This document shows positions 59,106 to 64,000 of a stretch of 64,000 bases of DNA, piece after piece. The notes under the pieces are model-generated. The model was not told the DNA's origin. It searched no databases and saw nothing but the letters and a program-made list of their open reading frames with translations. Each line of letters opens with the position of its first letter. Position 1 is the first letter of the stretch. The DNA is taken from contig OZ176050.1 in assembly GCA_964247055.1 (NCBI GenBank), positions 8,804,001 through 8,868,000 of the forward strand, written 5' to 3'. The translations under genes and the position numbers were made by a program. The DNA is from Paragordius varius (taxonomy: Eukaryota > Animalia > Nematomorpha).

Positions 59106-59326
59106 ATGTTGAAATCGTCGTAAAATAAAGTAAAAATAAAATATAAATTTATTAATAAAATTTTCGCCATAGGTATTATCAGGAGATTAGTTAAGAAAAA
59201 TTAATTTTTTTTATTTTATATTATATATATTTTTCTTAGCAATCTCCTGATGATGTCTATGGCGAAACTTTGAGAATTAATATATTTATTTTTTATTTTT
59301 ACGTTATTTTACGACGATTTCAACAT
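59106..59326. repeat. ~220-bp near-perfect inverted repeat (foldback MITE) upstream of the MYO5 start codon
   Basis: atgttgaaatcgtcgtaaaataa...ttcgccatag..atcaggagatt versus aatctcctgat..ctatggcgaaa...ttattttacgacgatttcaacat. Arms are about 95 bp. Confidence 0.85.
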
Positions 59327-59699
59327 CATATAAAATAAACAGGTCGAAATCTCTATTGAGTCGATTTAAAGTTATCTGATCTAAATTAAATAGAAAATAA
59401 TAGATTTTAACTTTTTTATGTAATTAAAAAAATATCTATCAGTTATAAATGTTATAATGATAAATTTATTAATATTACTGGGTAACAGAAAATTTAATTT
59501 TATTTTTTCTACCGTGGCATAATTTGTCAAATTATTTAGCTATGCATTGCCTTGATATAATTCATCTATGCACCAGAAACAAAAGCGGAGGTTATATATT
59601 ATCCTTATGCCTATATAACGTATTCTAATAGTTAACATTGCGTCCAAAATCGGTGGGCATAAAAATAATGAAGTATATATATTTTCATAGGAAAATGTA

Positions 59700-60755
59700 T
59701 CAAAATCATCATGGTCCTTTTGGGCCTTACGATGCTTTAAGAAAATTATATCGCTTTTGTGGTAGCTGCTAAAATGGCATATTTTTCAATAAAATTTTTT
59801 GGTAAAAATAGATTCTTTTTAAAAAATATTACTAAAATATACCATTAACTACATATAAAAAGCCAAACAACGTTTTTGTAAAATTTTATTTTTAGATGTG
59901 GGCTCAAAAAATGATGTTTTTTGCTCTTCTAAAATGGGGTAGTTCTCTTCAAATAAAGCTGAGATTTCGCGATTATTTTATATGTATCCTAAATCTTGAT
60001 ATCAACTAAAATTATTTTTAATACTTATTTCAAAATATTAATTTTTAGCAGAATTTTATGGAAGCGCATTTCATAGTATTTTGAGGCATGATGGAAACGT
60101 TTAAAAACGCTTTAAGATATTATAATAACATTTTATTGTTTTATGAAGCTAAACTTTTCCGCTTTATTTTAATTAAAATATTTGTTCGCCTAATTTATCT
60201 GAAATACAAATTGTGTTTTTTATTAAAATATATTAAAATTTTAAAGTAAACTAACCTTTAAATTAATTCTGAAGCGATAGAAATGTTTAGTATCATCTAA
60301 TTATATAGAAAAGGGGTTGTTAACATAATAGCGTACCTTTAAGGATGGAGTACGCTTCAACAAAATTATTCAAAAATTAAAATTTTTGAAAAAAGTATGC
60401 ATTTTTCAAAAATATTTTTTAGTTAATATCAAAATTAAGCATAGAATTAAAATTTTTAGCGAGCCAGCTCTGCCTTTTTGCGATGTTAAGAGAACTAGCC
60501 TAGTAGCAATCTGTGACTTTCGGTGCCTACTAAGAATTAAAATATTATTAAAATATTGTTTTGCTTTTTATAAGTAGTTTATGATATATATAAGAGATAT
60601 TTTTTGGAATGGAGACTCTAACCTTCATCCAAAAACAATTATTAGAAATGTGCTCATATTTTTCCAATTTCTCATATGGAACACATACCACAAAAAGGCA
60701 AATAACTTTCTTGTATCTCATAAGGACCAAAACAAAAGAACCATAATGATTCTGA
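59700..60755. mobile_element. Second copy of the long-TIR ~1.06-kb element
   Basis: Matching termini and internal segments (tagatgtgggctc; ttaatttttagc..gaagcg; aaacgcttt..agatattata). Confidence 0.75.
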
Positions 60756-60949
60756 ATCATTTATTATCAGAATATATATTTATCAGGGTGTTTTTTACCA
60801 CGCTCACCCCCCCTCCCCAATTTTGAACGCAGTTTTATCGGTATTGTTATTAACGGCCCTGGCACCTTCGTGTGCTTGTGGAAGGTTTACTATTGTTTTT
60901 AATGGCACAGTTTGCCCGTTGATTTCGGCATCGGGGTATATTAAATGTA

Positions 60950-61330
60950 TATCAATTTTGAGTTGAGGTCCCTTAGCCAATTAAGCCAGTAACGAACGCA
61001 TCCCTGATACGTTCTTCAATAGTGTGAACTTGGCCTCCTTAGCTGCTATCATTAACCGCCATAATAATTAAGGTTTCAACATTTCTCCGAACAAGTCGAA
61101 AAAAGTCAAATAGACTTGGAAATTTTAATTTTGTGGGATTGAAAATTTTTAGGCCCTTTTTTTAATCTCGCCCCACGTTGGATCCTTAATTTTTTATATA
61201 TAATCGTAGATTGCGCACAACCAACAGTCGACCATAAGCGAGCAACTTGTTTTGAGTGCTTGGTGATTATTGGAATCTCTTTGGTCCATAAATTTTATCA
61301 TATAGTCGATATTCCTCAAATTTAATATTA
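60950..61330 (-). mobile_element. Probable decayed Ty3/Gypsy gag fragment
   Basis: AAKEAKFT..IEERIRDAFVTGL and FNPTKLKF resemble Gypsy gag motifs. Frameshifted. Confidence 0.4.
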
Positions 61331-61889
61331 TCATTATATTTTTCAAACAGGTTGGCGAGATTGGCACTTGGCGTTGTGTTTGTTCGGAATTGGCCAGTTT
61401 GTTGGATTAAATCATAAAGATAGTATAAGAAAATGATAATACATTTTTTATAAAATAAAAATTTAAGTATAATCCTTGACGGTAGCATCATCATACTTAG
61501 TGCAAAGGATAGGTTACAACTTTGGAATTTGAATAATTAAAAATTTCTCTAACAGGCACAGAGTTACCCCAATTCGTATTATTCCACATGGATAATATTA
61601 AAACATTGTTGGGCTTAACATATTTTATATATATTTTATTAATTATTAGAATACAAGATCTACCTTTCAGAAAAATGTATTTAACATTAAGGAGCTAATT
61701 TTGCGATTTTTTTGATATGGACAATTTTATAAAAGTCAAATAACTATTGACTCAGCCAAAACCAAACATAAAAGCCCCGATAATTTTTCTATCAGTATGT
61801 ATATTAACCACCAGAATATTTTTTGTGTGCACTGTGTTGATTGTCACATACACGATTGCTTGAAGGCGTGGAGTGCAGATTAAAATTTG

Positions 61890-62230
61890 CTATTTTAATA
61901 AACGCCTTTAATATTACCTTTAGATGGGACCAAAAATATTCAACCGGATGGTCGCATAAGGTTTCCAAAAAATTGCAAGCCACATATATATGGTGTTATA
62001 AAGATAGGGTGTAATAATTAAAAAGGTCAAATAAAAATATCTGCCTTTAATTGGAAATTAACTGAAATCATTATTGGATTTTTATGTCTCATGGATTTTG
62101 GGTAAAGTTGCTCTTCAAACCACTTTATTTTTATAAGGTCGTTAACATGGAGTAGACTCTACCAGATGAATATCCCTAATTTTTTGCCTTCATGCCGCAC
62201 AAACCATTATTATTTCTGTTTGAGTTTCTT
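61890..62230 (-). mobile_element. Possible Tc1/IS630-type DDE transposase remnant
   Basis: IMVCAA and HPVEYFWSHLK resemble the VMVWG and NPIE.FWS.LK motifs. Heavily decayed. Confidence 0.35.
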
Positions 62231-62491
62231 AACTTTAGTAAAAATTATCTTCAAAAATTTTCAATTTAATTAAGTTTTCCGGTATCTGTCTGAATGCCAA
62301 GACTTTAATTTGCATTCAATTGCATAATCGAATGGGATTATTTGCCATATATCTAAAATCGATAGATTTTTTTGTCAATCGCAAATATTAAACCTAAAAA
62401 CATGATGAAAATCATAAGATTTGAGGAGTAAAGTAAAAAAGTAAATGATTAAAGGCGTCGTTAAATATTATTTAATTTAAACGGCCTAAGT

Positions 62492-62754
62492 CAGGTGTGA
62501 CCAAGCCCTCCGAGACTTTATGTGCGACCGCGAAATTTTGGAAATTTATAAATAATCAAAAAATACTCATAAAATCTTAATAAAATTTTTTCCTTAACAT
62601 TTATACTGAATGTTTTTACAATCGGCAGCAAGAAAAAATTGCTATATTAAGCTTGAATTTTTCAGTTTTATGTTTAAAATCTAATAAAATCCTTAAGAAT
62701 GCCGATATATATTTCGAATGCGGCCCGCGTAGCCATTTGTGTTGGAAACCCCTG
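62492..62754. mobile_element. hAT (Buster-like) MITE with perfect 8-bp TSD GCCTAAGT
   Basis: CAGG...CCTG ends, the same subterminal motif tgcggcccgcg and an exact TSD. Confidence 0.88.
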
Positions 62755-63450
62755 GCCTAAGTTTTACATTAAATACTTTATGGATTATTTATGTCAGCTT
62801 GTCACAGAATGACTAGACGTTATTCAGCCAATATTTCAGTGAACATAGTCATACTTTTTTGTCCATTATAAAAGATAATATTGCATCAAACTTTAAATAT
62901 GTTACCAACTTTTAACGGGCTAAATTATTTCTTTGAGGCTATCTGTTAGATTCATTGTTCCCTAATATTTGGTAAAGTCAATGCTATAAATAATTCCAAA
63001 ATATTTACGAGAAACAAAGAAACAAATTGGACCGACTAAGAACAGGAAGAAATGTTATATTGCTAAAGTTAATTTATGTTTATAAATATTTTCCAATTTA
63101 AAACGAGGGTTTATAATAAAATTATAGCTGGGTAATTTCATATACGTTTGTAATATGGATAATAGTTTTAGATTGCCAATCACTCTGGTAAAACAGTATA
63201 GAAGGAGAACAACCGGATTATCACAATATGAATGTTTAAAATGGCACAAAAGCTTTTTATACAAAATTATTATTGGTTAATCCGGAAAATAATTTAAAAA
63301 ACAAAATAACATCTTCTTGAATTACTTAGTATGGCTGGTTACACCTTAATATTATTAAGATATTAATATTAAATTAAAATATAGAAATAGACAATAGCAT
63401 TTCATTTTTAAAACATTTATATATCTTATTAATTTATAAACATATATTTT

Positions 63451-63851
63451 CTAAATAGGAACAATAAATGCTGAGGATGTCATTGATACATGACTATTTG
63501 TATTAAGAGTATTCGGATTTGTAGTTTTATTTAAGCTGATAGCGTTTCCATGTACAACAGATGTGGAACATTGATTTGAGGGATTGTTAAGGACAGGTGA
63601 AGACGAATATTTCCATGAAATACGTGAGGGATCAAAAACGAAATCCACAAGAGCCATGTTTTGCTGCATTTTATCCGAATTTCGTTCCCGATTTTGTTTA
63701 CGTAAAGAAGTTTCTTGCATCTTTTCAAGCGCATCTTCTATCTGTTTAATGCTTACGCAAATGACATGTTTACATTTCCAATACTTGGCCATATTCATAT
63801 CCTTGAGCGTGTTCAAAATATCCTCCTGAGTTATGCCCGTTAACTTGCTAA
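63451..63851 (-). CDS. KAT8: Terminal exon of MYST-family histone acetyltransferase, KAT8/MOF-like (rest of gene beyond right edge)
   Basis: Acceptor ttttag at about 63852, then KLTGITQEDILNTLKDMNMAKYWKCKHVICVS, matching the MOF C-terminus ([30 protein letters not shown]) as recalled. Later FDPSRISWK. Assignment to KAT8 over other MYST paralogs rests on this short stretch only. Confidence 0.75.
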
Positions 63852-64000
63852 AATAGTAAATGGGTATTTAAAATTTTATGGTGAAAATATTATACAAATT
63901 TTTTAAATATACCTTAAATCTTTGATAGAAATATTAGTCCCATATAATTTTATAGTTTTTAGAAGTGTTACACACCAATATTTTTTGTATGAAGCAAGTC

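Noticed and set aside
59245-59270. Hammerhead ribozyme-like core CUGAUGA-UGUCUAUGGC-GAAAC
   Set aside because: No stem I/III partner with a UH cleavage triplet could be formed. Stem II has an extra U, and the opposite arm of the palindrome reads CUGAUAA. Likely coincidental; a covariance-model search would settle it.

Overview
Very AT-rich animal (invertebrate, probably protostome) genomic DNA with spliceosomal GT-AG introns; not prokaryotic. Hand-splicing gave seven protein-coding genes: MFSD11 (-, 3' end runs off the left edge), a Ly6/uPAR quiver-like GPI protein (+), uroporphyrinogen-III synthase UROS (-), a cathepsin D-like aspartic protease (+), an intronless class A peptide GPCR (+), a 34-exon myosin V (-, about 1894 aa) and the last exon of a KAT8/MOF-like acetyltransferase (-). 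The first four genes are packed with only 12-39 bp between coding ends. The rest of the window is gene-poor and holds MITEs and decayed hAT, mariner, RTE, BEL/Pao and probable Gypsy and Tc1 elements, several of them nested. Most striking: (1) a discrete class of eleven 22-28 nt introns, mostly near start codons, coexisting with 60-4000 nt introns, with no intron of 29-59 nt; (2) the ultra-compact head-to-head/tail-to-tail four-gene block; (3) a cathepsin D with a ~190-aa C-terminal extension ending in a transmembrane helix; (4) a myosin V with a heavily expanded motor domain and a short coiled coil. All homology calls come from recalled family motifs, not database searches. Coordinates were counted by hand and may be off by a few bases.
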